Notes: a model not told the origin generated them from the letters alone. A stretch of 64,000 nucleotides of DNA from Gammaproteobacteria bacterium (GCA_965205405.1 OZ242169.1:2697552-2761551), one strand, 5' to 3'; counted from the first letter of the stretch, positions 32,024-43,997 are shown. Program-made: numbers and translations.

Positions 32024-33414
32024 TGTGATGAGTCCTCCGCTACTGGTTCAACTGTTAAAATCAGGCCGTCCCTGCTGATGACGCGGGCACTGTCGCCACT
32101 CCGCATGGGTGTATCCGATCGTACATGCCATTGCTCTCCGTGGATATGAATATTTCCGTCGTCGCTGAAATCGGCTATGACCTGGCCCGTTGCGCCGATG
32201 AGTTCTTCGGCGCCTGCTACCACAGGACGGAGTCTGGCAGCGTATAGGGAGCGGATTACAATGAGGAAAAACCCCGCGGATAACGCGGACACAGCGACAA
32301 TCAGTGGCATGGAGACGGCAAGGTTCCCGCTTTCCCGGTCGAACAGCAGAATGGAACCCATAACGAAGGAGATAACGCCACCAATCCCCAGGATGCCGAA
32401 ACTCGGCATGAATAATTCTCCGACAATGAGTACGAGTCCCAGAATCATCAGCCCCAGCCCTGCATAATTGACCGGCAAAACCTGCAGCGCATACAGAGCA
32501 AGCAGCAATGAGATCCCGCCGATAACGCCGGGCAGGACGTAACCGGGATTGGCCAGTTCGAAAAACAGCCCGTAGATGCCCAGCAGCATCAGTATATAGG
32601 CGATATTCGGATTGGTAATGATGGCCAATAGTTCATTGCGCCAGTCAGGCTCAATGGTTTCCAGCACGAGGCTGTTTGTGTCCAGCACCCAATCCCTGTT
32701 CTGTACTGTTACCGTTCTGCCGTTAATCTGCTGCAACAGGTCGGCGGTATCCCGGGCAATAATGTCAATCACGTCGGCCTCCAGGGCCTGTTCGGATGAC
32801 AGGCTGGCGGCTTCCCGTACGGCCTGTTCCGCCCATTCCGCATTGCGCCCGCGCATTTCGGCGAGGCTGCGGATGTAGGCTGCAGCATCGTTGACGATTT
32901 TTTTTGTCATGGCGTCGGCGTTGGCCGGCATGGTCTTCGTCGCCTCCTTGTCCGGTTTTGTTTCATCCGTATCGGCGTTATCGTCAGCCGCGCCGGGATC
33001 AGGTTTTTCCGGCGGGTCCATACCGGGCAGGCCACCCATTTGTACAGGGGTTGCAGCGCCCAGGTTGGTGCCCGGCGCCATTGCCGCGATATGTGCGGCA
33101 TACATCATGTAAGTACCGGCGCTGGCGGCGCGAGCGCCCGACGGTGCGACATAAATGGCAACCGGTACGGGAGAGGCAATGATGGCGCGAATAATACTGC
33201 GCATTGAAAGGTCCAGGCCGCCTGGCGTATCCAGTTGTATTATGACGATATTCGCCCTATCGTCATTTGCCCGGTCCAGACCGCGTTCAATGTAATCGGC
33301 GATTGCAGGGCCGATGGCGTCATTGACGGTGAGCAGGATTGCCTTGTTACGCGACTCTCCATAGAGTATTCCAGCTACCACCATAAGAAGAAAAACTGCA
33401 AGAAACTGACGCAT
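32020..33414 (-). CDS. nfeD: NfeD-family membrane serine protease (long form)
   Basis: [24 protein letters not shown]; TM region; C-terminal OB-fold GEQW. Confidence 0.9.
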   Translation of the reverse strand: MRQFLAVFLLMVVAGILYGESRNKAILLTVNDAIGPAIADYIERGLDRANDDRANIVIIQLDTPGGLDLSMRSIIRAIIASPVPVAIYVAPSGARAASAGTYMMYAAHIAAMAPGTNLGAATPVQMGGLPGMDPPEKPDPGAADDNADTDETKPDKEATKTMPANADAMTKKIVNDAAAYIRSLAEMRGRNAEWAEQAVREAASLSSEQALEADVIDIIARDTADLLQQINGRTVTVQNRDWVLDTNSLVLETIEPDWRNELLAIITNPNIAYILMLLGIYGLFFELANPGYVLPGVIGGISLLLALYALQVLPVNYAGLGLMILGLVLIVGELFMPSFGILGIGGVISFVMGSILLFDRESGNLAVSMPLIVAVSALSAGFFLIVIRSLYAARLRPVVAGAEELIGATGQVIADFSDDGNIHIHGEQWHVRSDTPMRSGDSARVISRDGLILTVEPVAEDSSQ

Positions 33415-33492
33415 GTTTTCCGGTTAACTCAGCTCTCCGACATAGTGTTGATGTGTATTTACCTTAGTTTATTTAATGAAACTCAGACTTAA

Positions 33493-34113
33493 TCAGAGTT
33501 TCCCTAATGGTTTTATTGCTTTTATCGTTTTGACAACATCAAGGAACAGGTTGTTCACCTCCGTGACTTCAAATCCGGCTGCCTTGACGTTGTTCACGGT
33601 TGTCCTGTTCATATCCGGACCGATCTTGCTGGTAATGAGTGTCATAAAGTCCAACATGTATTTGAAGGGGAAGTAATCGCTTCCCGTATGTTCGAACATA
33701 TAGAGCGCGCCGCCCGGTCGTAAAACGCGGTTTAATGATCTTAACCCGGCAACGGGATCAGGTACGGAGCAGAACGTACAGGACGTGAATACCTGGTCAA
33801 AGTGGTTGTCCGAGTATGGCATATCATGGATATCCACGTTCTCGGCATTAATTTCTCCCTGATACTTATTAATACGGGGTTGTGCGCGGTTTAACATTTC
33901 CGGACTGATATCTATTGCGGTGATCGACATGCCGGGCGGGAATGCCGGGATATCGAGCCCGGTGCCCAGCGCGGCAAACAGGATTTTGCCGGGCTGCATG
34001 TGGCCGAACAGCCGGGTCTTGAACGGGAACCAGCGCTTTTCGCCGCCGCCGGACATAAAATCAAAAGTCGCTGCGGCGTTGTCCCATTTTTTTTGGGTTA
34101 CCGGATTAGCCAT
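33493..34113 (-). CDS. Class I SAM-dependent methyltransferase
   Basis: LGTGLD, AIDISPEML, TFCSVPDPV.GL, RVLRPGG. Confidence 0.85.
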   Translation of the reverse strand: MANPVTQKKWDNAAATFDFMSGGGEKRWFPFKTRLFGHMQPGKILFAALGTGLDIPAFPPGMSITAIDISPEMLNRAQPRINKYQGEINAENVDIHDMPYSDNHFDQVFTSCTFCSVPDPVAGLRSLNRVLRPGGALYMFEHTGSDYFPFKYMLDFMTLITSKIGPDMNRTTVNNVKAAGFEVTEVNNLFLDVVKTIKAIKPLGKL

Positions 34114-34115
34114 CG

Positions 34116-34529
34116 TCAGCTAATCTCTGTAGTTCGGATACCGCGTAGTTGTGCATTGATACACCAGATGATGCAGGTCACGACAAGGCCGGTCGCCGCG
34201 CCCAGGTAGACCAGTTGCAAGACGGGTACCGGCGCCATTGCCAGCCACATGCCGCTGAACATGCCGCTGAACATGCCGCTGAACATGACCGGCACCATGA
34301 CTTCATGGGCACCGAAAAAGCTGCCCAATAGCAGGGCAAGAAACAGGCACAATACCATTGAAAGAAGCATCATCACGGCCATGGCGATGAACATATTCCA
34401 ACCGGTGCTGATCAAAAGTGCGGCAAAGGCAGCCATCAGGATGCCGACACTGATATTCGAAAGCAGATCGCCGATAATGAAATAAAGCCTGTGGTCCATG
34501 ATGAGAGAAAAATTATGTATGCAGAGCAC
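34116..34529 (-). CDS. Met-rich small membrane protein, unknown function
   Basis: Three to four hydrophobic segments; (SGMF) repeat; co-oriented with methyltransferase. Confidence 0.6.
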   Translation of the reverse strand: MLCIHNFSLIMDHRLYFIIGDLLSNISVGILMAAFAALLISTGWNMFIAMAVMMLLSMVLCLFLALLLGSFFGAHEVMVPVMFSGMFSGMFSGMWLAMAPVPVLQLVYLGAATGLVVTCIIWCINAQLRGIRTTEIS

Positions 34530-34643
34530 ATATTAAGGCAAAACAGGCAATTTGGGTATTATAAGCGTATTAGCTGGGTAATAACTCAGGGGTGAACTTT
34601 TTTTTCTGTTGCCAGTCGAATATAAATATTGTCTAATTACCAC

Positions 34644-34994
34644 ATGAAAACATGGGTTGTATATATGCTCTTTCTACCTGCCCTGGTAATTGCCGCCTCG
34701 TTCGTTGACGCTACGTCTTTGATGCAACACCCCTCCTATGCGTCACCGGAGTTGCCGGCAGCTCCTGCTTCGTTGATACTCGCGCTGGATTATGACAACA
34801 GCGACCCTCAAACCCGACCTGAAACCGCCAGTCTGCAGCTTCCTGCCGCAATTGAAGAAAACCGCGATGATAGAAGATGTATGACCGTTTGTTCCAGGTG
34901 GGGAGAGGAATGCGTGATGCTCGGCCCCGGCGCCGACGCTGTGACCCGGAAATGTGTCCGGACATGTAAATCGTTCTCCGAGGAATGTCTCTGA
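34644..34994 (+). CDS. Small secreted protein with six-Cys C-terminal domain
   Basis: Signal-peptide-like N-terminus; CMTVCSRWGEEC...KCVRTCKSFSEECL. Confidence 0.55.
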   Translation: MKTWVVYMLFLPALVIAASFVDATSLMQHPSYASPELPAAPASLILALDYDNSDPQTRPETASLQLPAAIEENRDDRRCMTVCSRWGEECVMLGPGADAVTRKCVRTCKSFSEECL

Positions 34995-35023
34995 ATTAAT
35001 CGTTCTGTTGTATAATATCCGGA

Positions 35024-35108
<85 letters not shown>

Positions 35109-35127
35109 TTTCATTTATAATTCAATT

Positions 35128-35216
35128 TGATATTTGGGGTCAGTGTAAAAATACAGTCGAATTGACAGGTGGCGCCAGTTTGTTATTGAGTATTTTTACT
35201 CTGACCCCAAATATCA
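35128..35216. repeat. GGGGTCAG MITE/REPIN-like element
   Basis: 27-bp IR with one mismatch; spacer shares TGACAGGTGG and TTATTG with the 12316 copy. Confidence 0.85.
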
Positions 35217-35255
35217 CAAATATCAACATATGGAAGATATTCAGGAAAAAGACAT

Positions 35256-36575
35256 ATGCAGGTTTCAGTAGAAACAACCGGCCCTCTTGAGAGAAGCGTC
35301 ACTGTTGATGTGCCGGAGGAACGCATCTCAAGTGCAGTGGAAGAACGGCTTCAATCCATGACCAGGACGAGCAAGATACAAGGGTTCCGTCCGGGTAAGG
35401 CGCCCTTGCGCGTGATCAAGCAGAGATATGGCCCCCAGGTTCGCAGGGAAGTGGTCGAAAAGCTGGTCTCCTCATCTTTTTATGAGGCGGTGAGCAAGGA
35501 AGACCTGAAACCTGTGGGTGCGCCGTTGATTGATCCGTTGCGGGAGGAAGTCGGCGCGGGCTTGTCCTATACCGCTACGTTTGAGGTGATGCCGGAATTT
35601 GAACTCAATCCGGTGGAAGATATGGAAATAGAGAAACCCGCTTGCTCCATCACTGACGCCGACGTCGGTGAAATGATAGAAAGGCTGCGCCGGCAACGAC
35701 GTAATTTCCAGGTAGTGGAACGGGCTGCGCAGGAGGGTGACAGGATTAACGTCAATTACCAGGGCCGGGTTGACGGCGAGGCGTCCGAGAATCTCGGATC
35801 GGAAAACACGGATATTGAAATTGGCGAGAAAATGTATATCGAGGGCCTGGAGGAGGGGTTGATTGGCGCATCAGCCGGCGAGTCACTCAAACTGAACCTG
35901 ACATTTCCGGAAAATTATAATAATGAGGAATTGGCCGGCAAACCGGTGGTCTTTGAAATGCAGGTCAACCACGTAGCAGAAGCCGTTTTGCCGGAACTGG
36001 ATGCGGAGTTCTTCAAAGCGTTTGGCGTACATGACGACGATGAGGAGAAGTTCAGGCAGGAAATTCGTCAGCACATGGAGCGGGAGGTCGAAGTCGCGGC
36101 CCGTACCCGCTTCCGGGACTCGATTATGCAGACGCTGTACGAAGCCAATGAAATTGATGTGCCCAATACCCTGGTGAACGCCGAATTCCAGCGCATGCAG
36201 GAGATGTTTGTTAACGATATGAAACAGCGCGGCATCTCCAGTGAGGTTTTCTCCAAAGTAGCGGATTCTGCTGAACTGAAAAGCACAGCCCGGCGACAGG
36301 TCGCGCTGCAACTGGTGACGGCACAGATTATCAGTTCACAAAATTTACGGGCGAATCCGGAAAAAGTCAGGGAAATCATAGAAAAAAGAGCGCAAAGTTA
36401 TGAAGATTCTTCAGCTTTGGTCAATTGGTATTATAATGACAAGCAACGCCTGGCTGAAATAGAGTCCCTGGCGCTTGAGGATGAGGTGATTAATTGGATT
36501 TCCACACGCAGCAAGGTAAAGGAATTGGTTGTGCCGTTTGACGAACTGATGAATAAAGGGCAGACTAATCGATAA
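35256..36575 (+). CDS. tig: Trigger factor
   Basis: MQVSVETT, GFRPGKAP, FKBP domain; tig-clpP-clpX-lon synteny. Confidence 0.96.
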   Translation: MQVSVETTGPLERSVTVDVPEERISSAVEERLQSMTRTSKIQGFRPGKAPLRVIKQRYGPQVRREVVEKLVSSSFYEAVSKEDLKPVGAPLIDPLREEVGAGLSYTATFEVMPEFELNPVEDMEIEKPACSITDADVGEMIERLRRQRRNFQVVERAAQEGDRINVNYQGRVDGEASENLGSENTDIEIGEKMYIEGLEEGLIGASAGESLKLNLTFPENYNNEELAGKPVVFEMQVNHVAEAVLPELDAEFFKAFGVHDDDEEKFRQEIRQHMEREVEVAARTRFRDSIMQTLYEANEIDVPNTLVNAEFQRMQEMFVNDMKQRGISSEVFSKVADSAELKSTARRQVALQLVTAQIISSQNLRANPEKVREIIEKRAQSYEDSSALVNWYYNDKQRLAEIESLALEDEVINWISTRSKVKELVVPFDELMNKGQTNR

Positions 36576-36697
36576 TGCCGTTAAGTCGGGCAGGCTCATG
36601 ACCGCCGGCTTACAACGCAAGTTTAATACATTGATGACTATGAAAAGCGTTGTGAATAGTTACTCAGAGAAACCTCGAGTGGATTGAGTTTCCCCTT

Positions 36698-37369
36698 ATG
36701 CCACGAAATTATAAATCAGAACAAAATATGCATAACTCAGATATAAAGGCCCTCAATCTGGTCCCCATGGTTGTGGAGCAGACCCCGCGCGGCGAACGCG
36801 CCTATGACATTTATTCCCGCTTGTTGAAGGAACGAGTGATTTTTCTGGTGGGGCCTGTCGAGGACCATGTGGCTAACCTGATAGTCGCCCAGTTATTGTT
36901 TCTCGAGTCGGAGAACCCTGACAAGGACATCCATTTTTATGTTAATTCGCCGGGAGGGACGGTCTCTGCAGGTCTGGCTGTTTACGATACCATGCAGTTT
37001 ATCAAACCGGATGTCAGCACCATGTGTGTTGGCCAGGCTGCCAGCATGGGAGCGCTGTTGCTGGCCGGGGGCGCCGCGGGCAAACGCTTTTGCCTGCCCC
37101 ATTCGCGGGTTATGATCCATCAGCCCCTGGGAGGTTATCAAGGACAGGCGACTGATATAGACATTCATGCAAGAGAGATTTTAAAGGCGCGTGAGAGGCT
37201 GAATCAAATTCTGGTTACACATACAGGGCAATCTATTGATAAAATACAGCTAGACACGGAGCGTGATAAATTCATGAGTTCGGAAGAGGCAAAGGACTAT
37301 GGGCTGGTTGACGCGGTTCTGTCGACCCGCTCGTCCACGCCGCTCCCCGAAGATGATGCGTCGAAATAG
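36698..37369 (+). CDS. clpP: ClpP protease (start may be 36728)
   Basis: [28 protein letters not shown]. Confidence 0.97.
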   Translation: MPRNYKSEQNMHNSDIKALNLVPMVVEQTPRGERAYDIYSRLLKERVIFLVGPVEDHVANLIVAQLLFLESENPDKDIHFYVNSPGGTVSAGLAVYDTMQFIKPDVSTMCVGQAASMGALLLAGGAAGKRFCLPHSRVMIHQPLGGYQGQATDIDIHAREILKARERLNQILVTHTGQSIDKIQLDTERDKFMSSEEAKDYGLVDAVLSTRSSTPLPEDDASK

Positions 37370-37419
37370 TTCCGTGACAGGGTATTAACAATAAACATCA
37401 ATATTATCCAGGGTAAGAT

Positions 37420-38706
37420 ATGAGCGCTAACAAACAGGGTAAGGCCGGCGAAGGTGACAGACTTCTTTACTGCTCGTTCTGTGGCAAAAGCCAGCATGAA
37501 GTGCGTAAACTGATTGCGGGCCCCTCCGTATTTATCTGTGATGAATGCGTTGAGTTATGCAACGATATCATCTGGGAGGAAATACAGGAGAGAGCGATTT
37601 CCGGGGCTGCCAGCAGCTTGCCGACCCCGCGTGAAATCAATGAGATACTGAACGAGTACGTCATCGGACAGGATGTAGCGAAGAAAATTCTGTCTGTTGC
37701 GGTTTATAACCACTACAAACGCCTTGACCAGGGCGTGAAAAAGTCCGACGTGGAACTGGCGAAGAGTAACGTTCTGCTCATCGGCCCCACCGGCAGCGGC
37801 AAGACCTTGCTGGCTGAGACCCTGGCGCGGATGCTCAATGTGCCGTTTACCATTGCCGATGCCACTACACTTACCGAGGCAGGTTACGTGGGTGAGGACG
37901 TCGAAAATATTATCCAGAAGCTGCTGCAGAAATGTGATTACGACGTGGAAAAAGCGCAGACGGGTATCGTCTATATTGATGAAATAGACAAAATCTCCCG
38001 TAAGTCCGACAATCCGTCTATTACCCGCGATGTTTCCGGTGAAGGGGTTCAGCAGGCCTTGCTGAAGCTTATCGAGGGTACGGTGGCGTCAGTCCCTCCA
38101 CAGGGTGGGCGCAAACATCCGCAACAGGAATTCCTGCAGGTGAATACGGCTGATATTCTGTTCATTTGTGGCGGCGCATTTGCCGGACTGGACAAAATTA
38201 TCCGGGAACGCTCGGAAAAGGCAGGCATTGGGTTTTCCGCTGAAGTGAGGAGTCTGTCGGACAGGAAAAGCGCCAGCGCCTTGCTTCAGACTGTCGAGCC
38301 CGAAGATTTAATCAAGTATGGCCTGATACCTGAATTTGTCGGCCGTCTACCTGTGGTAGCAACCCTGGATGAACTGGATGAAGACCAGCTTATCACGATT
38401 CTGGTTGAGCCGAAGAATGCGCTTACCAAGCAATATGAACGTATGTTCGACATGGAAAACTGTGAAATTGAATTCCGGGATGATGCACTGCGCAGAGTTG
38501 CCAGAAAGGCCATGGAAAGAAAAACCGGCGCCCGCGGCTTGCGCTCGATCATGGAAAACGTATTACTGGATACCATGTATGATCTGCCTTCAATAGACGG
38601 TGTCGCAAAGGTTGTTATCGATGTAGGTGTCATTAACGGAGAGTCAAAGCCGTTAATGATTTATGAGGGCGGTGAATTGCCAAAGGTGGCTTCAGATGCG
38701 GATTAG
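37420..38706 (+). CDS. clpX: ClpX ATPase
   Basis: CSFCGK zinc finger, [17 protein letters not shown]. Confidence 0.97.
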   Translation: MSANKQGKAGEGDRLLYCSFCGKSQHEVRKLIAGPSVFICDECVELCNDIIWEEIQERAISGAASSLPTPREINEILNEYVIGQDVAKKILSVAVYNHYKRLDQGVKKSDVELAKSNVLLIGPTGSGKTLLAETLARMLNVPFTIADATTLTEAGYVGEDVENIIQKLLQKCDYDVEKAQTGIVYIDEIDKISRKSDNPSITRDVSGEGVQQALLKLIEGTVASVPPQGGRKHPQQEFLQVNTADILFICGGAFAGLDKIIRERSEKAGIGFSAEVRSLSDRKSASALLQTVEPEDLIKYGLIPEFVGRLPVVATLDELDEDQLITILVEPKNALTKQYERMFDMENCEIEFRDDALRRVARKAMERKTGARGLRSIMENVLLDTMYDLPSIDGVAKVVIDVGVINGESKPLMIYEGGELPKVASDAD

Positions 38707-38748
38707 TACATGATGCCAACGGGTGTGCAGGGAGCAGACCTTCCGGGC

Positions 38749-38775
38749 CTTGAAATCCGTTTCAATCGCCCCCAT
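38749..38775 (+). promoter_or_regulatory. Sigma32 heat-shock promoter of lon
   Basis: CTTGAA, 15-bp spacer, CCCCAT. Confidence 0.75.
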
Positions 38776-38807
38776 TAGAAGAGAATACTTATCGAATAAC
38801 AGCTGAT

Positions 38808-41219
38808 ATGTCGACTGACTCTAAACCCGAGCTACACGTTTATCCTGTCCTGCCGTTACGCGACGTAGTGGTTTATCCCTATATGGTTATACCACTGTTC
38901 GTGGGGCGGGAGAAGTCCATCAAGGCGTTGGACACTGCCATGGGTGGTGACAAACAGATCCTGCTGGTTGCCCAGAAGAGTGCCGGTGAAGACGATCCGG
39001 GCACCGATCAGATTTATAACATCGGTTCAATGTCCAATATCCTGCAACTGTTAAAGTTGCCCGATGGTACTATCAAGGTGCTGGTGGAAGGCGCCCAGCG
39101 CGCTCGCGTAGCTGACTATATCGAAACGGATTCCATGTTTTTTGCCAATACGGAACTGCTTGAAGAGGAAACGCAGGATGAGCGGGCAATCGAGATACTG
39201 TTACGGCCCGCTTTGAACCAGTTCGAACAATACGTGAAGTTGAACAAGAAGGTGCCTCCTGAAATCCTCTCTTCACTCTCCAGTATTGACGATCCTTCTC
39301 GCCTGGCTGATACCATTGCCGCACACATGTCGATCAAGATTGAAGAAAAGCAGGCTGTGCTGGAAAAAGTGGACGTGCGTGAACGCCTGGAATTCCTGAT
39401 CAGCCTGATGGAAACGGAAATTGATCTCCTTAACGTGGAAAAGCGCATTCGCGGACGGGTTAAATCTCAAATGGAAAAAAGCCAGCGCGAATACTACCTG
39501 AACGAACAGATGAAGGCGATCCAGAAGGAATTGGGAGAGATGGATGAAGCGCCCAACGAGATGGAAGAATTGAACACGAAAATTGCCAAGTCGGGCATGC
39601 CCAGGGACACCAGGAAAAAAGCGGACGCTGAACTGAACAAATTAAAGATGATGCCGCCCATGTCAGCCGAAGCGACGGTGGTAAGGAATTACATCGATTG
39701 GCTGGTAAATGTTCCCTGGAAGAAGCGCAGTAAGATATCGCGGGATATCAACAAGGCGGAGCATATCCTCGAAGAGGATCATTACGGCCTGAATAAGGTC
39801 AAACAACGTATTCTGGAATACCTGGCTGTCCAACAACGGGTAAAAAAACCCAAAGGCCCGATACTGTGCCTGGTCGGACCTCCGGGTGTGGGGAAAACCT
39901 CCCTGGGCCGCTCCCTTGCCCGGGCCACGAACCGGAAATTCATTCGTATGTCTCTTGGCGGAGTGCGCGATGAGGCCGAGATAAGAGGACATCGCCGCAC
40001 CTATATCGGTTCCCTGCCGGGGAAAATATTGCAAAGCATGGCCAAGGTGGGAACTAAAAATCCCCTGATGCTGCTGGATGAGGTAGACAAGATGGCCATG
40101 GATTTTCGCGGCGATCCGGCATCGGCCCTGCTGGAGGTCCTTGACCCCGAACAAAACCACACATTTGTAGATCATTACCTGGAAGTGGATTACGACTTGT
40201 CCGAGGTAATGTTCGTGACTACGGCAAACAGCCTCAATATCCCGGCGCCGTTGCTGGATCGTATGGAGGTGATCCGTATCTCCGGTTACACGGAAGATGA
40301 GAAGATAAATATCGCCCGCAACTACTTGATTACCAAGCAATTGGAACGCAACGGTCTGAAGCAGGAGGAAATCAATCTCGGTGAAGCGACTATCAGGGAG
40401 ATCATACGCTACTACACCCGTGAAGCAGGGGTGCGCAACCTGGAGCGGGAAATAGCCAATATCTGCCGCAAGGTGGTGACCCGATTATTGCAAAAAACGG
40501 ACATGAAACGAATGTCCGTAACACCGGCAAGGCTGGAGAAATTGATCGGCGTCAAGAGATTTCGTTACGGCCGTGCCGAGGAAGAGGACCGGGTAGGGCA
40601 GGTAACCGGACTGGCCTGGACTGAAATAGGCGGTGATTTGCTGACTATTGAGGCAACGGTGGTACCAGGCAAGGGTGAATCAATCCGTACCGGCCACCTG
40701 GGTGATGTGATGAAGGAATCCATCGAGGCGGCGCGTACCGTCGTGCGGACTCGCTGTGATATCCTGGGGATCAACGCGGAATTTTATAAGGAGAGTGATT
40801 TTCATATTCACGTTCCTGAAGGCGCCACGCCTAAGGACGGACCCAGCGCCGGTGTGGCAATGTGCACTGCGCTCGTGTCGGCCCTGACCAATATCCCGGT
40901 GCGCGCAAGTGTGGCCATGACCGGTGAGATTACCCTGCGCGGAGAAGTATTGCCTATCGGCGGGTTGAAAGAAAAATTACTGGCGGCGCTGCGCGGCGGC
41001 ATTAAGACAGTTCTAATTCCCTCCGAGAATGAGCGGGAACTGATCGAGATACCCAGGAATATCAAGCAGAACCTTGACATCAAACCGGTCCGCTGGATCG
41101 ACGAGGTACTGGAAATTGCCTTACACCACATGCCCCGACCGCAGGCAGATAACGCCGCTATCGTAGAGCAGGATAAAGTCACTCCGGACAAGACCAAGGA
41201 AGTGATACTTCCGCATTAA
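38808..41219 (+). CDS. lon: Lon protease
   Basis: [27 protein letters not shown]. Confidence 0.97.
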   Translation: MSTDSKPELHVYPVLPLRDVVVYPYMVIPLFVGREKSIKALDTAMGGDKQILLVAQKSAGEDDPGTDQIYNIGSMSNILQLLKLPDGTIKVLVEGAQRARVADYIETDSMFFANTELLEEETQDERAIEILLRPALNQFEQYVKLNKKVPPEILSSLSSIDDPSRLADTIAAHMSIKIEEKQAVLEKVDVRERLEFLISLMETEIDLLNVEKRIRGRVKSQMEKSQREYYLNEQMKAIQKELGEMDEAPNEMEELNTKIAKSGMPRDTRKKADAELNKLKMMPPMSAEATVVRNYIDWLVNVPWKKRSKISRDINKAEHILEEDHYGLNKVKQRILEYLAVQQRVKKPKGPILCLVGPPGVGKTSLGRSLARATNRKFIRMSLGGVRDEAEIRGHRRTYIGSLPGKILQSMAKVGTKNPLMLLDEVDKMAMDFRGDPASALLEVLDPEQNHTFVDHYLEVDYDLSEVMFVTTANSLNIPAPLLDRMEVIRISGYTEDEKINIARNYLITKQLERNGLKQEEINLGEATIREIIRYYTREAGVRNLEREIANICRKVVTRLLQKTDMKRMSVTPARLEKLIGVKRFRYGRAEEEDRVGQVTGLAWTEIGGDLLTIEATVVPGKGESIRTGHLGDVMKESIEAARTVVRTRCDILGINAEFYKESDFHIHVPEGATPKDGPSAGVAMCTALVSALTNIPVRASVAMTGEITLRGEVLPIGGLKEKLLAALRGGIKTVLIPSENERELIEIPRNIKQNLDIKPVRWIDEVLEIALHHMPRPQADNAAIVEQDKVTPDKTKEVILPH

Positions 41220-41267
41220 GGAACAGTCGGAATAATTCAACCTGCTTTTTGTTATACTACGCTTGCC

Positions 41268-41343
41268 GGGTGCTTAGCTCAGTTGGGAGAGCGCCGCCCT
41301 TACAAGGCGGAGGTCGTGGGTTCAAGCCCCTCAGCACCCACCA
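41268..41343 (+). tRNA. tRNA-Val (UAC)
   Basis: GGGTGCT/AGCACCC acceptor, CCGCC-CTTACAA-GGCGG arm, CCA. Confidence 0.95.
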
Positions 41344-41349
41344 GCTTAT

Positions 41350-41426
41350 GGAGTGGTAGTTCAGTTGGTTAGAATACCGGCCTGTCACGCCGGGGGTCGC
41401 GGGTTCGAGTCCCGTCCACTCCGCCA
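41350..41426 (+). tRNA. tRNA-Asp (GUC)
   Basis: GGAGTGG/CCACTCC acceptor, CCGGC-CTGTCAC-GCCGG arm, CCA. Confidence 0.95.
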
Positions 41427-41802
41427 GAATAGATACGGGCGCTCCCACGGGTGCGCCCTGCCACCGGAAGAAACGTGGTCTGTCCCCCATTTCACCCCCA
41501 GAGGGTTTATTTTTTAAGCAAAATAAGCTTTAATAGGCGGACAGCTATAATCATTTTTCTACTGAAGAATAATTAATGCGGAGAGTGTAAAGGTGAGTAG
41601 TACTAAGCAGAAGGGTCCTGCAGCGTCAAAAAGCAAGTCCCAGAAAAATAAACTGCCAGGTAATAAACAGCCAGGTAATAAACAGCAGGGTAATAAGCCT
41701 CAGAAGCCTGTAGACTATGGCGCATACCAAAAACGCGGGCTCTGAATCACAACCTCGGTGATTCAGATGATTTGGAAAAAACGTGGTCTGTCCCCATAAT
41801 TC

Positions 41803-42042
41803 TCATTTGGAAAAAACGTGGTCTGTCCCCCATTTCACGTAACACTCCCGCCCAAGACCCGGGCCAACATTGACAGGTTTCCCGTTTATCAGTACCCTTT
41901 GACACCAGGTTTTTGACTGTCGGTTGTTTGTCATCGGTTTGACAGGCAGGGATGGGTCATGATTACCTCGCCCGTCACCATAATGGCCAGGTTGGTTGGA
42001 GGTCTTGTCGGATGATGCCGATAGAGTTTTCTGTCGTTTCAT
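41803..42042 (-). pseudogene. N-terminal remnant of P4-like tyrosine integrase (arm-binding domain)
   Basis: PGHYGDGRG...L.VKP....SKTWCQR..INGK...VG.G motif; cut off at repeat element; just downstream of tRNA-Asp. Confidence 0.7.
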
Positions 42043-42092
42043 AACAAAATCTCGTTATTCATAAAAACAGAAAAAAATGTAGAACACATAGA

Positions 42093-43997
42093 ATGTTACA
42101 AAATATTAGAGACCAGGTGAAAGGCTGGCTGGCCGTAGTCATCTTCACCATTATGATCATTCCGTTCGCGTTCTGGGGTATCAATTATTATTTTGATCAG
42201 TCAGGCGGAGTGATTGCCATTGAAGTTGAAGGTGAAGAAATAACTCTCGCGGACTTTCAGCGCGCCTACCAGGATATGCGCCAGCAGTGGCAGTCCATAT
42301 CCGGCGCTCCGGTCAGTGAGGAAATGGAACCGCTGATAAAAAATCGGGTAACGGAAGACCTGATACAAACCGAGTTGCTGAAGCAGGCAGGGAACAAAGC
42401 CGGTTTATTCGTGGGCGAACAGGAAGTATGGCAGACTATCCGGCAGGTACCCGGATTCAACGACGACAGCGGGTTCAACTTGTCGCTGTTTGAAATTGCG
42501 GCAAACCGAAGCGGATTGACCCCTGCGGGCTTCCTGGCAAGGATACGACAGGATATGGCTGTCGAACAAATGCGTAATGCGCTTTTTACAACGGATTTTG
42601 TGACGCAACCTGAGGTTTCCAGCTATTCCGGCATTGTGCATCAAACTCGTGATTTCTCGTACGCCGTGTTGTCCTCCGATGATCTGAAAGAATCCATAGA
42701 GGTGACTGACGAGCAGCTTCAGTCATATTATGAAGATAATGACCGGTACATTGAACCGGAAAAAGTCAGAATTGCCTACCTGGTCTTGTCCCTGGCCAGG
42801 GTCGCTGAAGAGGTCTACCTGGAAAAGGGAGAGCTTGAAGCCTACTTCGATGAAAACAAACATAATTACGAGGTGGAGGAAACCCGCGAGGTAAAACAAA
42901 TCCTGATCAAACTGCCTGAGGAACCCTCCGAAGCGCTCGTTGACCAGATGAAAGCGAAAGCCGATGAATTGCGCGCGCTGGTCAAGGAAGGCAAGGAACT
43001 ACAGGACGTCTCGGTAAATTACACAGGAGAGTATGAGGGAGCTATTGAGTTCAGCGAATTCGGATTCCTCTCAAAAGGCGTATTAGAGGTGGAAGTTGAT
43101 GAGGTTGTCTTTTCCATGGCGGCCGGAGAGATTAGTGAACCGGTGCAGTCCCGTTATGGTTTCCATATCATGGAAGTAGGTGAAATCAAGGGGGTAAGTG
43201 AGGCCACCCTGGAAGGTATGCGCACAGAAGTGGAACAGGACCTGAGGAAAGAGAAGGCAGCCAAGCAACTGTATGAACTGACGGACCGGCTGGCGGCGCT
43301 GACTTATGAAAATCCCGATACATTGGAAGTGGCGGCTGAAGAATTAGGACTGCAGTTGCAAAAGAGTGACTTTATCAGCAGGGAAGATCCTGGTGTTGGT
43401 ATTGTTGCAGAGCCGAGTGTAACTTCAGCAGCGTTCAGCGATGAGGTGCTGCTGGAAGAAAATAACAGCGACCTCCTCGAGTTGGAGAACGATCGTTACA
43501 TGGTATTACGTGTGTTGGAACATCGGTCTTCCATGAAAAAACCTTTTGAGGACGTTCGGAATGAAATTGTCACGAGGGTAAAATATGAACAGGCAAGGGA
43601 TCGGATTAAGGAACAGGGCGAGACAATTCTGGAGCAGTTGAAACAGGGAAAGTCAAAAGAGGAGTTGGCCCTGGAATACTCTATTGATTGGAAAACTGCC
43701 ACGGGTGTTATCCAGGATGATGAAAACACCAATCGGTCCGTATTACGCACCGCGTTCGGAGCGGGCAGACCGGAGGTTGACAAGCCTCTCTACGAAGGCG
43801 CTTCTCTGGGAACAGGGGACTACATAGTCGTGATCGTCTATTCCGTCAGCAAGGCAGACCCGGACACGATAGAAAAGGAAGAACTGGATGCCATTCGCGG
43901 TCAATTACTGCAAACTCACACTACATCGACCTGGGCGGAATTCAACAATATCCTGCGAGCAAATGCCGATGTCACAGTTTATGAGGAATCTCTGTAG
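42093..43997 (+). CDS. ppiD: Periplasmic PPIase/chaperone PpiD
   Basis: MLQNIR..., N-terminal TM, parvulin GEISEPVQSRYGFHI; synteny with lon. Confidence 0.9.
   Translation: MLQNIRDQVKGWLAVVIFTIMIIPFAFWGINYYFDQSGGVIAIEVEGEEITLADFQRAYQDMRQQWQSISGAPVSEEMEPLIKNRVTEDLIQTELLKQAGNKAGLFVGEQEVWQTIRQVPGFNDDSGFNLSLFEIAANRSGLTPAGFLARIRQDMAVEQMRNALFTTDFVTQPEVSSYSGIVHQTRDFSYAVLSSDDLKESIEVTDEQLQSYYEDNDRYIEPEKVRIAYLVLSLARVAEEVYLEKGELEAYFDENKHNYEVEETREVKQILIKLPEEPSEALVDQMKAKADELRALVKEGKELQDVSVNYTGEYEGAIEFSEFGFLSKGVLEVEVDEVVFSMAAGEISEPVQSRYGFHIMEVGEIKGVSEATLEGMRTEVEQDLRKEKAAKQLYELTDRLAALTYENPDTLEVAAEELGLQLQKSDFISREDPGVGIVAEPSVTSAAFSDEVLLEENNSDLLELENDRYMVLRVLEHRSSMKKPFEDVRNEIVTRVKYEQARDRIKEQGETILEQLKQGKSKEELALEYSIDWKTATGVIQDDENTNRSVLRTAFGAGRPEVDKPLYEGASLGTGDYIVVIVYSVSKADPDTIEKEELDAIRGQLLQTHTTSTWAEFNNILRANADVTVYEESL

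Noticed and set aside
34248-34287. 12-bp tandem repeat CATGCCGCTGAA
   Set aside because: In-frame coding repeat (SGMF) of the membrane protein, not a separate element.
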